Shown: piece by piece, positions 31,501 to 46,900 of the stretch
Layout: each line of letters begins with the position of its first letter
How positions within the stretch are numbered: position 1 is the stretch's first letter
Assembly: GCF_009914755.1 (NCBI RefSeq)
Contig: NC_060939.1
DNA from: the human T2T-CHM13v2.0 reference genome, Homo sapiens
Reading direction: 5' to 3' (one strand)
Length of the DNA: 64,000 bases
Made by a program: the position numbers and the translations under genes
The notes under the pieces: generated by a model
What the model was told of the DNA's origin: nothing
Seen by the model: only the letters and a program-made list of their open reading frames with translations
Databases searched by the model: none

Positions 31501-34500
31501 GTACATATAATATCAAAGTACCCAAGGTATATATTCTATACTGTACAAAAAATATCAAAGTACCAAAAGCATGTATTATATACTGTACAAAAAATATGAA
31601 AGTATATCAAATATATATTTTATTCTGTACATAAAATATCAAAGTACACCAGATATATATTCTATAGTGTACATAAAATAACAAAGTACAAAAACTATAA
31701 ATTATATACTGTACATAAAATATGAAATTACATCAAATATATATTAGGTACATAAAATATGAAAGTACATCAAATATAGATTATATACTGTACATAAAAT
31801 ATCAATGAACCCCAAATATATATTTTATACTCTACATGAAATATCAAAGTTCACAAACCATATATTATATACTGTACATAAAATATCAAAGTACCCAAGG
31901 TATATATTCTATACTGTACAAAAAATATCAAAGTACCCGAAGCATGTATTATATACTGTACATAAAATATGAAATTACATCAAATATATATTTTATTCTA
32001 TACATAAAATATCAAAGTACACCAGATATATATTCTATAGTGTACATAAAATATCAAAGTACCCAAACTACAAATTTTATACTTTACATAAAATATGAAA
32101 TTACATCAAATATATATTAGGTACATAAAATATGAATGTACATCAAATATAGATTATATACTGTACATAAAATATCAAAGTACCCCAAATATATATTATA
32201 TACTGTACATGAAATATCAAAGTTCACAGACTATATATTATATACTGTACATAAAATATCAAAGTACCAAAGGTATATATTCTATACTGTACAAAAAATA
32301 TCAAAGTACCCAAAGCATGTATTATATACTGTACATAAAATATGAAAGTACATCAAATATATATTTTATTCTGTACATAAAATATCAATGTACACCAGAT
32401 ATATATTTTATAGTGTACATAAAATATCAAAGTACCCAATCTATACATTATATACTGTACATAAAATATGAAATTACATCAAATATATATTATATTAGGT
32501 ACATAAAATATGAAAGTACATCAAATATAGATTATATACGGTACATTAAATACCAAAGTACCCCAAATATATATTTTATACTGTACATGAAATATCAAAG
32601 TTCACAAACTATATATTATATACTGTACATAAAATATCAAAGTACCCAAGGTATATATTCTATACTGTACAAAAAATATCAAAGTACCCAAATCATGTAT
32701 TATATACTGTACATAAAATATGAAAGTACATCAAATATATATTTTATTCTGTACATAAAATATCAAAGTACACCAGATATATATTCTATAGTGTACATAA
32801 AATATCAAAGTACCCAAACTATACATTATATACTGTACATAAAATATGAAATTACATCAAATATATATTAGGTACATAAAATATGAAAGTACATCAAATA
32901 TAGATTATATACTGTACATAAAATATCAAGGTACCACAAATATATATTATATACTCTACATGAAATATCAAAGTTCACAAACTATATATTATATAATGTA
33001 CATAAAATATCAAAGTACCCAATGTATATATTCTATACTGCAGAAAAAATTTCAAAGTACCCAAAGCATGTATTATATACTGTATATAAAATATGAAAGT
33101 ACATCAAATATATATTTTATTCTGTACATAAAATATCAAAGTACACCAGATATATATTCTATAGTGTACATAAAATAAAAAGGACACAAACTATAAATTA
33201 TATACTGTACATAAAATATGAAATTACATCAATTATATATTAGGTACATAAAATATGAAAGTACATCAAATATAGATTATATGCTGTACATAAAATATCA
33301 ATGTACCCCAAATATATATTTTATACTCTACATGAAATATCAAAGTTCACAAACCATATATTATATACTGTACATAAAATATCAAAGTACCCAAGGTATA
33401 TATTCTATACTGTACAAAAAATATCAAAGTACCCAAAACATGTATAATATACTGTACATAAAATATGAAAGTATATCAAATATATATTTTATTCTGTACA
33501 GAAAATATCAAAGTACACCAGATATATATTCTATAGTGTACATAAAATATCAAAGTACACAAACTATACATTATATACTGTACATAAAATATGAAATTAC
33601 ATCAAATATATTTTATATTAGGTACATAAATTATGAAAGTACATCAAATATAGATTATATACTGTACATTAAATACCAAAGTACCCCAAATATATATTTT
33701 ATACTGTACATGAAATATCAATGTTCACAAACTATATATAATATACTGTACATAAAATATCAAAGTACCCAAGGTATATATTCCATACTGTACAAAAAAT
33801 ATCAAAGTACCCAAAGCATGTATTATATACTGTACATAAAATATGAAAGTACTTCAAATATATATTTTATTCTGTACATAATATATCAAAGTACACCAGA
33901 TATATATTCTATAGTGTACATAAAATAACAAAGTACACAAACTATAAATTATATACTGTACATAAAATATGAAATTACATCAAATATATATTAGGTACAT
34001 AAAATATGAAAGTACATCAAATATAGATTATATACTGTACATAAAATATCAATGTACCCAAAATATATATTTTATACTATAAATGAAATATCAAAGTTCA
34101 CAAACCATATATTGTATACTGTACATAAAATATCAAAGTACCCAAGGTATATATTCTATACTGTACAAAAAATATCAAAGTACACAAAGCATGTATTATA
34201 TACTGTACATAAAATATGAAAGTACATCAAATATATATTTTATTCTGTACATAAAATATCAAAGTACACCAGATATATATTCTAAAGTGTACATAAAATA
34301 TCAAAGTACCCAAACTATACATTATATACTGTACATAAAATATGAAATTACATCAAATATGTATTATATTAGGTACATAAAATATGAAAGTACATCAAAT
34401 ATAGATTATATACTGTACATTAAATACCAAAGTACCCCAAATATATATTTTATACTGTACATGAAATATCAAACTTCACAAACTATATATTATATACTGT

Positions 34501-34600
34501 ACATAAAATATCAAAGTACCCAAGCTATATATTCTATACTGTACAAAAAATATCAAAGTACCCAAAGCATGTATTATATACTGTACATAAAATATGAAAG
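19950..34600 (+). repeat. 9382-bp-offset duplication (25 units): ~19.95-25.2 kb is repeated colinearly at ~29.33-34.6 kb
   Basis: ORF pairs at +9382: 20314/29696, 20692/30074, 21221/30603, 21812/31194, 22454/31836, 22713/32095, 23464/32846, 23836/33218, 24701/34083. The junction lies between 29328 (AAAGCACG, not in the source) and 29399 (AAAGAACACC, shared). Confidence 0.92.
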
Positions 34601-37600
34601 TACATCAAATATATATTTTATTCTGTACATAAAATATCAAAGTACACCAGATATATATTCTATAGTGTACATAAAATAACAAAGTACACAAACCATAAAT
34701 TATATACTGTACATAAAATATGACATTACATCAAATATATATTAGGTACATAAAATATGAAAGTACATCAAATATAGATTATATACTGTACATAAAATAT
34801 CAATGTACCCCAAATATATATTTTATACTCTACATGAAATATCAAAGTTCACAAACTATATATTATATACTGTACATAAAATATCAAAGTACCCAAGGTA
34901 TATATTCTATACTGTACAAAAAATATCAAAGTACCCAAAGCATGTATTATATACTGTACATAAAATATGAAAGTACATCAAATATATATTTTATTCTGTA
35001 CATAAAATATCAAAGAACACAAGATATATATTCTATAGTGTACATAAAATATCAAAGTACCCAAACTATACATTATATACTGTACATAAAGTATGAAATT
35101 ACATCAAATATATATTAGGTACATAAAATATGAAAGTACATCAAATATAGATTATATACTGTACATAAAATATCAAAGTACACCAAATATATATTATATA
35201 CTCTACATGAAATATCAAAGTTCACAAACTATATATTATATACTGTACATAAAATAAATTACCCAAGGTATATATTCTGTACTGTACAAAAAATATCAAA
35301 GTACCCAAAGCATGTATTATATACTGTACATAAAATATGAAAGTACATCAAATATATATTTTATTCTGTACATAAAATATCAAAGTACACCAGATATATA
35401 TTCTATAGTGTACATAAAATATCAAAGTACCCAAACTATACATTATATACTGTACATAAAATATGAAATTACATCAAATATATATTATATTAGGTACATA
35501 AAATATGAAAGCACATCAAATATAGATTATATACTGTACATTAAATACCATAGTACCCCAAATATATATTTTATACTGTACATGAAATATCAAAGTTCAC
35601 AAACCATATATTATATACTGTACATAAAATATCAAAGTACCCAAGGTATATATTCTATACTGTACAAAAAATATCAAAGTACCCAAAGCATGTATTATAT
35701 ACTGTACATAAAATATGAAATTACATCAAATATATATTTTATTCTGTACATAAAATATCAAAGTGCACCAGATATATATTCTATAGTGTACATAAAATAT
35801 CAAAGTACCCAAACTATACATTATATACTGTACATAAAATATGAAATTACATCAAATATATATTATATTAGGTACATAAAATATGAAAGCACATCAAATA
35901 TAGATTATATACTGTACATTAAATACCAAAGTACCCCAAATATATATTTTATACTGTACATCAAATATCAAAGTTCACAAACTATATATTATATACTGTA
36001 CATAAAATATCAAAGTACCCAAGGTATATATTCTATACTGTACAAAAAATATCAAAGTACCCAAAGCATGTATTATATACTGTACATAAAATATGAAAGT
36101 ACATCAAATATATATTTTATTCTGTACATAAAACATCAAAGTACACCAGATATATATTCTATAGTGTACATAAAATATCAAAGTACCCAAACTATACATT
36201 ATATACTGTACATAAAATATGAAATTACATCAAATATATATTATATTAGGTACATAAAATATGAAAGTACATCAAATATAGATTATATACTGTACATAAA
36301 ATATCAAAGTACCCCAAATATATATTATATACTCTACATGAAATATCAAAGTTCACAAACTATATATTATATACTGTACATAAAATATCAAAGTACCCAA
36401 GGTATATATTCTATACTGTACAAAAAATATCAAAGTATCCAAAGCATGTATTATATACTGTATATAAAATATGAAAGTACATTAAATATATATTTTATTC
36501 TGTACAAAAAATATCAAAGTACACCAGATATATATTCTATAGTGTACATAAAATATCAAAGTACACAAACTATAAATTATATACTGTACATAAAATATGA
36601 AATTACATCAAATATATATTAGGTAGATAAAATATGAAAGTACCTCAAATATAGATTATATACTGTACATAAAATATCAATGTACCCCAAATTTATATTT
36701 TATACTCTACATGAAATATCAAAGTTCACAAACTATATATTATATACTGTACATAAAATATCAAAGTACCCAAGGTATATATTCTATACTGTACAAAAAA
36801 TATCAAAGTACCCAAAGCATGTATTATATACTGTACATAAAATATGAAAGTACATCAAATATATATTTTATTCTGTACATAAAATATCAAAGTACACCAG
36901 ATATATATTCTATAGTGTACATAAAATATCAAATTACCCAAACTATACATTATATACTGTACATAAAATATGAAATTACATCAAATATATATTATATTAG
37001 GTACATAAAATATGAAAGCACATCAAATATAGATTATATACTGTACAATATATACCAAAGTACCCCATATATTTTATACTGTACATCAAATATCAAAGTT
37101 CACAAACTATATATTATATACTGTACATAAAATATCAAAGTACCCAAGGTATATATTCTATACTGTACAAAAAATATCAAAGTACCCAAAGCATGTATTA
37201 TATACTGTACATAAAATATGAAAGTACATCAAATATATATTTTATTCTGTACATAAAATATCAAAGTACACCAGATATATATTCTATAGTGTACATAAAA
37301 TATCAAAGTACCCAAACTATACATTATATACTGTACATAAAATATGAGATTACATCAAATATATATTATATTAGCTACATAAAATATGAAAGTACATCAG
37401 ATATAGATTTTATACTGTACATAAAATATCAAAGTACCCCAAATATATATTATATACTCTACATGAAATATCAAAGTTCACAAACTATATCTTATATACT
37501 GTACATAAAATATCAAAGTACCCAAGGTATATATTCTATACTGTACAAAAAATATCAAAGTACCCAAAGCATGTATTATATACTGTATATAAAATATGAA

Positions 37601-40600
37601 AATACATTAAATATATATTTTATTCTGTACATAAAATATCAAAGTACACCAGATATATATTCTATAGTGTACATAAAATATAAAAGTACCCAAACTATTT
37701 ATTATATACTGTATATAAAATATGAAATTACATCAAATATATATTATATTAGGTACATAAAATATGAAAGTTCATCAAATATAGATTATATGCTGTACAT
37801 TAAATACCAAAGTACCCCAAATATATATTTTACACTGTACATGAAATATCAAAGTCCACAAACTATATATTATATACTGTACATAAAATATCAAAGTACT
37901 CAAGGTATATATTCTATACTGTACAAAAAATATCAAAGTACCCAAAGCACGTATTATATACTGTACATAAAATATGAAAGTACATCAAATATATATTTTA
38001 TTCTGTACATAAAATATCAAAGTACACCAGATATATATTCTATATTGTACATAAAATATCAAAGTACCCAAACTATACATTATATACTGTACATAAAATA
38101 TGAAATTACATCAAATATATATTAGGTACATAAAATATGAAAGTACATCAAATATAGATTATATACTGTACATAAAATATCAAGGTACCACAAATATATA
38201 TTATATACTCTACATGAAATATCAAAGTTCACAAACTATATATTATATAATGTACATAAAATATCAAAGTACCCAATGTATATATTCTATACTGCAGAAA
38301 AAATTTCAAAGTACCCAAAGCATGTATTATATACTGTATATAAAATATGAAAGTACATCAAATATATATTTTATTCTGTACATAAAATATCAAAGTACAC
38401 CAGATATATATTCTATAGTGTACATAAAATAAAAAGGACACAAACTATAAATTATATACTGTACATAAAATATGAAATTACATCAATTATATATTAGGTA
38501 CATAAAATATGAAAGTACATCAAATATAGATTATATGCTGTACATAAAATATCAATGTACCCCAAATATATATTTTATACTCTACATGAAATATCAAAGT
38601 TCACAAACCATATATTATATACTGTACATAAAATATCAAAGTACCCAAGGTATATATTCTATACTGTACAAAAAATATCAAAGTACCCAAAACATGTATA
38701 ATATACTGTACATAAAATATGAAAGTATATCAAATATATATTTTATTCTGTACAGAAAATATCAAAGTACACCAGATATATATTCTATAGTGTACATAAA
38801 ATATCAAAGTACACAAACTATACATTATATACTGTACATAAAATATGAAATTACATCAAATATATTTTATATTAGGTACATAAATTATGAAAGTACATCA
38901 AATATAGATTATATACTGTACATTAAATACCAAAGTACCCCAAATATATATTTTATACTGTACATGAAATATCAATGTTCACAAACTATATATAATATAC
39001 TGTACATAAAATATCAAAGTACCCAAGGTATATATTCTATACTGTACAAAAAATATCAAAGTACCCAAAGCATGTATTATATACTGTACATAAAATATGA
39101 AAGTACTTCAAATATATATTTTATTCTGTACATAATATATCAAAGTACACCAGATATATATTCTATAGTGTACATAAAATAACAAAGTACACAAACTATA
39201 AATTATATACTGTACATAAAATATGAAATTACATCAAATATATATTAGGTACATAAAATATGAAAGTACATCAAATATAGATTATATACTGTACATAAAA
39301 TATCAATGTACCCAAAATATATATTTTATACTATAACTGAAATATCAAAGTTCACAAACCATATATTGTATACTGTACATAAAATATCAAAGTACCCAAG
39401 GTATATATTCTATACTGTACAAAAAATATCAAAGTACACAAAGCATGTATTATATACTGTACATAAAATATGAAAGTACATCAAATATATATTTTATTCT
39501 GTACATAAAATATCAAAGTACACCAGATATATATTCTAAAGTGTACATAAAATATCAAAGTACCCAAACTATACATTATATACTGTACATAAAATATGAA
39601 ATTACATCAAATATGTATTATATTAGGTACATAAAATATGAAAGTACATCAAATATAGATTATATACTGTACATTAAATACCAAAGTACCCCAAATATAT
39701 ATTTTATACTGTACATGAAATATCAAACTTCACAAACTATATATTATATACTGTACATAAAATATCAAAGTACCCAAGGTATATATTCTATACTGTACAA
39801 AAAATATCAAAGTACCCAAAGCATGTATTATATACTGTACATAAAATATGAAAGTACATCAAATATATATTTTATTCTGTACATAAAATATCAAAGTACA
39901 CCAGATATATATTCTATAGTGTACATAAAATAACAAAGTACACAAACCATAAATTATATACTGTACATAAAATATGACATTACATCAAATATATATTAGG
40001 TACATAAAATATGAAAGTACATCAAATATAGATTATATACTGTACATAAAATATCAATGTACCCCAAATATATATTTTATACTCTACATGAAATATCAAA
40101 GTTCACAAACTATATATTATATACTGTACATAAAATATCAAAGTACCCAAGGTATATATTCTATACTGTACAAAAAATATCAAAGTACCCAAAGCATGTA
40201 TTATATACTGTACATAAAATATGAAAGTACATCAAATATATATTTTATTCTGTACATAAAATATCAAAGAACACAAGATATATATTCTATAGTGTACATA
40301 AAATATCAAAGTACCCAAACTATACATTATATACTGTACATAAAGTATGAAATTACATCAAATATATATTAGGTACATAAAATATGAAAGTACATCAAAT
40401 ATAGATTATATACTGTACATAAAATATCAAAGTACACCAAATATATATTATATACTCTACATGAAATATCAAAGTTCACAAACTATATATTATATACTGT
40501 ACATAAAATAAATTACCCAAGGTATATATTCTGTACTGTACAAAAAATATCAAAGTACCCAAAGCATGTATTATATACTGTACATAAAATATGAAAGTAC

Positions 40601-43600
40601 ATCAAATATATATTTTATTCTGTACATAAAATATCAAAGTACACCAGATATATATTCTATAGTGTACATAAAATATCAAAGTACCCAAACTATACATTAT
40701 ATACTGTACATAAAATATGAAATTACATCAAATATATATTATATTAGGTACATAAAATATGAAAGCACATCAAATATAGATTATATACTGTACATTAAAT
40801 ACCATAGTACCCCAAATATATATTTTATACTGTACATGAAATATCAAAGTTCACAAACCATATATTATATACTGTACATAAAATATCAAAGTACCCAAGG
40901 TATATATTCTATACTGTACAAAAAATATCAAAGTACCCAAAGCATGTATTATATACTGTACATAAAATATGAAAGTACATTAAATATATATTTTATTCTG
41001 TACATAAAATATCAAAGTACACCAGATATATATTCTATAGTGTACATAAAATATCAAAGTACCCAAACTATACATTATATATTGTACATAAAATATGAGA
41101 TTACATCAAATATATATTATATTTGCTACATAAAATATGAAAGTACATCAGATATAGATTATATACTGTACATAAAATATCAAAGTACCCCAAATATATA
41201 TTATATACTCTACATGAAATATCAAAGTTCACAAACTATATATTATATACTGTACATAAAATATCAAAGTATCCAAGGTACATATTCTATACTGTACAAA
41301 AAATATCAAAGTACCCAAAGCATGTATTATATACTGTATATAAAATATGAAAATACATTAAATATATATTTTATTCTGTACATAAAATATCAAAGTACAC
41401 CAGATATGTATTCTATAGTGTACATAAAATAACAAAGTACACAAACTATAAATTATATACTGTACGTAAAATATGAAATTACATCAAATATATATTAGGT
41501 ACATAAAATATGAAAGTACATCAAATATAGATTATATACTGTACATATAATATCAATGTACCCCAAATATATATTTTATACTCTACATGAAATATCAAAG
41601 TTCACAAACCATACATTATATACTGTACATAAAATATCAAAGTACCCAAGGTATATATTCTATACTGTACAAAAAATATCAAAGTACCCATAGCATGTAT
41701 TATATACTGTACATAAAATATGAATGTACATCAAATATATATTTTATTCTGTACATAAAATATCAAAGTACACCAGATATATATTCTATAGTGTACATAA
41801 AATATCAAAGTACCCAAACTATACATTATATAGTGTACATAAAATATGAAATTACATCAAATATATATTATATTAGGTACATAAAATATGAAAGCACATC
41901 AAATATAGATTATATACTGTACATTAAATACCAAAGTACCCCAAATATATATTTTATACTGTACATCAAATATCAAAGTTCACAAACTATATATTATATA
42001 CTGTACATAAAATATCAAAGTACCCATGGTATATATTCTATACTGTACAAAAAATATCAAAGTACCCAAAGCATGTATTATATACTGTACATAAAATATG
42101 AAAGTACATCAAATATATATTTTATTCTGTACATAAAACATCAAAGTACACCAGATATATATTCTATAGTGTACATAAAATATCAAAGTACCCAAACTAT
42201 ACATTATATACTGTACATAAAATATGAAATTACATCAAATATATATTATATTAGGTACATAAAATATGAAAGTACATCAAATATAGATTATATACTGTAC
42301 ATAAAATATCAAAGTACCCCAAATATATATTATATACTCTACATGAAATATCAAAGTTCACAAACTATATATTATATACTGTACATAAAATATCAAAGTA
42401 CCCAAGGTATATATTCTATACTGTACAAAAAATATCAAAGTACCCAAAGCATGTATTATATACTGTACATAAAATATGAAAGTACATCAAATATATATTT
42501 TATTCTGTACATAAAATATCAAAGTACACCAGATATATATTCTATAGTGTACATAAAATATCAAATTACCCAAACTATACATTATATACTGTACATAAAA
42601 TATGAAATTACATCAAATATATATTATATTAGGTACATAAAATATGAAAGCACATCAAATATAGATTATATACTGTACAATATATACCAAAGTACCCCAA
42701 ATATATATTTTATACTGTACATCAAATATCAAAGTTCACAAACTATATATTATATACTGTACATAAAATATCAAAGTACCCAAGGTATATATTCTATACT
42801 GTACAAAAAATATCAAAGTACCCAAAGCATGTATTATATACTGTACATAAAATATGAAAGTACATCAAATATATATTTTATTCTGTACATAAAATATCAA
42901 AGTACACCAGATATATATTCTATAGTGTACATAAAATATCAAAGTACCCAAACTATACATTATATACTGTACATAAAATATGAGATTACATCAAATATAT
43001 ATTATATTAGCTACATAAAATATGAAAGTACATCAGATATAGATTTTATACTGTACATAAAATATCAAAGTACCCCAAATATATATTATATACTCTACAT
43101 GAAATATCAAAGTTCACAAACTATATCTTATATACTGTACATAAAATATCAAAGTACCCAAGGTATATATTCTATACTGTACAAAAAATATCAAAGTACC
43201 CAAAGCATGTATTATATACTGTATATAAAATATGAAAATACATTAAATATATATTTTATTCTGTACATAAAATATCAAAGTACACCAGATATATATTCTA
43301 TAGTGTACATAAAATATAAAAGTACCCAAACTATTTATTATATACTGTATATAAAATATGAAATTACATCAAATATATATTATATTAGGTACATAAAATA
43401 TGAAAGTTCATCAAATATAGATTATATGCTGTACATTAAATACCAAAGTACCCCAAATATATATTTTACACTGTACATGAAATATCAAAGTCCACAAACT
43501 ATATATTATATACTGTACATAAAATATCAAAGTACTCAAGGTATATATTCTATACTGTACAAAAAATATCAAAGTACCCAAAGCACGTATTATATACTGT

Positions 43601-46600
43601 ACATAAAATATGAAAGTACATCAAATATATATTTTATTCTGTACATAAAATATCAAAGTACACCAGATATATATTCTATATTGTACATAAAATATCAAAG
43701 TACCCAAACTATACATTATATACTGTACATAAAATATGAAATTACATCAAATATATATTAGGTACATAAAATATGAAAGTACATCAAATATAGATTATAT
43801 ACTGTACATAAAATATCAAGGTACCACAAATATATATTATATACTCTACATGAAATATCAAAGTTCACAAACTATATATTATATAATGTACATAAAATAT
43901 CAAAGTACCCAATGTATATATTCTATACTGCAGAAAAAATTTCAAAGTACCCAAAGCATGTATTATATACTGTATATAAAATATGAAAGTACATCAAATA
44001 TATATTTTATTCTGTACATAAAATATCAAAGTACACCAGATATATATTCTATAGTGTACATAAAATAAAAAGGACACAAACTATAAATTATATACTGTAC
44101 ATAAAATATGAAATTACATCAATTATATATTAGGTACATAAAATATGAAAGTACATCAAATATAGATTATATGCTGTACATAAAATATCAATGTACCCCA
44201 AATATATATTTTATACTCTACATGAAATATCAAAGTTCACAAACCATATATTATATACTGTACATAAAATATCAAAGTACCCAAGGTATATATTCTATAC
44301 TGTACAAAAAATATCAAAGTACCCAAAACATGTATAATATACTGTACATAAAATATGAAAGTATATCAAATATATATTTTATTCTGTACAGAAAATATCA
44401 AAGTACACCAGATATATATTCTATAGTGTACATAAAATATCAAAGTACACAAACTATACATTATATACTGTACATAAAATATGAAATTACATCAAATATA
44501 TTTTATATTAGGTACATAAATTATGAAAGTACATCAAATATAGATTATATACTGTACATTAAATACCAAAGTACCCCAAATATATATTTTATACTGTACA
44601 TGAAATATCAATGTTCACAAACTATATATAATATACTGTACATAAAATATCAAAGTACCCAAGATATATATTCTATACTGTACAAAAAATATCAAAGTAC
44701 CCAAAGCATGTATTATATACTGTACATAAAATATGAAAGTACTTCAAATATATATTTTATTCTGTACATAATATATCAAAGTACACCAGATATATATTCT
44801 ATAGTGTACATAAAATAACAAAGTACACAAACTATAAATTATATACTGTACATAAAATATGAAATTACATCAAATATATATTAGGTACATAAAATATGAA
44901 AGTACATCAAATATAGATTATATACTGTACATAAAATATCAATGTACCCAAAATATATATTTTATACTATAAATGAAATATCAAAGTTCACAAACCATAT
45001 ATTGTATACTGTACATAAAATATCAAAGTACCCAAGGTATATATTCTATACTGTACAAAAAATATCAAAGTACCCAAAGCATGTATTATATACTGTACAT
45101 AAAATATGAAAGTACATCAAATATATATTTTATTCTGTACATAAAATATCAAAGTACACCAGATATATATTCTAAAGTGTACATAAAATATCAAAGTACC
45201 CAAACTATACATTATATACTGTACATAAAATATGAAATTACATCAAATATGTATTATATTAGGTACATAAAATATGAAAGTACATCAAATATAGATTATA
45301 TACTGTACATTAAATACCAAAGTACCCCAAATATATATTTTATACTGTACATGAAATATCAAACTTCACAAACTATATATTATATACTGTACATAAAATA
45401 TCAAAGTACCCAAGGTATATATTCTATACTGTACAAAAAATATCAAAGTACCCAAAGCATGTATTATATACTGTACATAAAATATGAAATTACATCAAAT
45501 ATATATTTTATTCTGTACATAAAATATCAAAGTACACCAGATATATATTCTATAGTGTACATAAAATATCAAAGTACCCAAACTATACATTATATACTGT
45601 ACATAAAATATGAAATTACATCAAATATATATTATATTAGGTACATAAAATATGAAAGCACATCAAATATAGATTATATACTGTACATTAAATACCAAAG
45701 TACCCCAAATATATATTTTATACTGTACATCAAATATCAAAGTTCACAAACTATATATTATATACTGTACATAAAATATCAAAGTACCCAAGGTATATAT
45801 TCTATACTGTACAAAAAATATCAAAGTACCCAAAGCATGTATTATATACTGTACATAAAATATGAAAGTACATTAAATATATATTTTATTCTGTACATAA
45901 AATATCAAAGTACACCAGATATATATTCTATAGTGTACATAAAATATCAAAGTACCCAAACTATACATTATATATTGTACATAAAATATGAGATTACATC
46001 AAATATATATTATATTTGCTACATAAAATATGAAAGTACATCAGATATAGATTATATACTGTACATAAAATATCAAAGTACCCCAAATATATATTATATA
46101 CTCTACATGAAATATCAAAGTTCACAAACTATATATTATATACTGTACATAAAATATCAAAGTATCCAAGGTACATATTCTATACTGTACAAAAAATATC
46201 AAAGTACCCAAAGCATGTATTATATACTGTATATAAAATATGAAAATACATTAAATATATATTTTATTCTGTACATAAAATATCAAAGTACACCAGATAT
46301 GTATTCTATAGTGTACATAAAATAACAAAGTACACAAACTATAAATTATATACTGTACGTAAAATATGAAATTACATCAAATATATATTAGGTACATAAA
46401 ATATGAAAGTACATCAAATATAGATTATATACTGTACATATAATATCAATGTACCCCAAATATATATTTTATACTCTACATGAAATATCAAAGTTCACAA
46501 ACCATACGTTATATACTGTACATAAAATATCAAAGTACCCAAGGTATATATTCTATACTGTACAAAAAATATCACAGTACCCAAAGCATGTATTATATAC

Positions 46601-46900
46601 TGTACATAAAATATGAAAGTACGTCAAATATATATTTTATTCTGTACATAAAATATCAAAGAACACCAGATATATATTCTATAGTGTACATAAAATATCA
46701 AAGTACCCAAACTATACATTATATAGTGTACATAAAATATGAAATTACATCAAATATATATTATATTAGGTACATAAAATATGAAAGCACATCAAATATA
46801 GATTATATACTGTACATTAAATACCAAAGTACCCCAAATATATATTTTATACTGTACATCAAATATCAAAGTTCACAAACTATATATTATATACTGTACA
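23464..46900 (+). repeat. Four related copies (starting 23464, 32846, 38100, 43736) of a ~6.4-kb block, differing by whole-unit deletions
   Basis: Identical 110-aa ORFs at 23464/32846/38100/43736 and near-identical 236-aa ORFs at 23836/33218/38472/44108. Shared markers include GGTACCACAA, CTGCAGAAAAAATTTC, AAAAAGGACAC, TTTGCTAC and TTAGCTAC. Confidence 0.9.
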
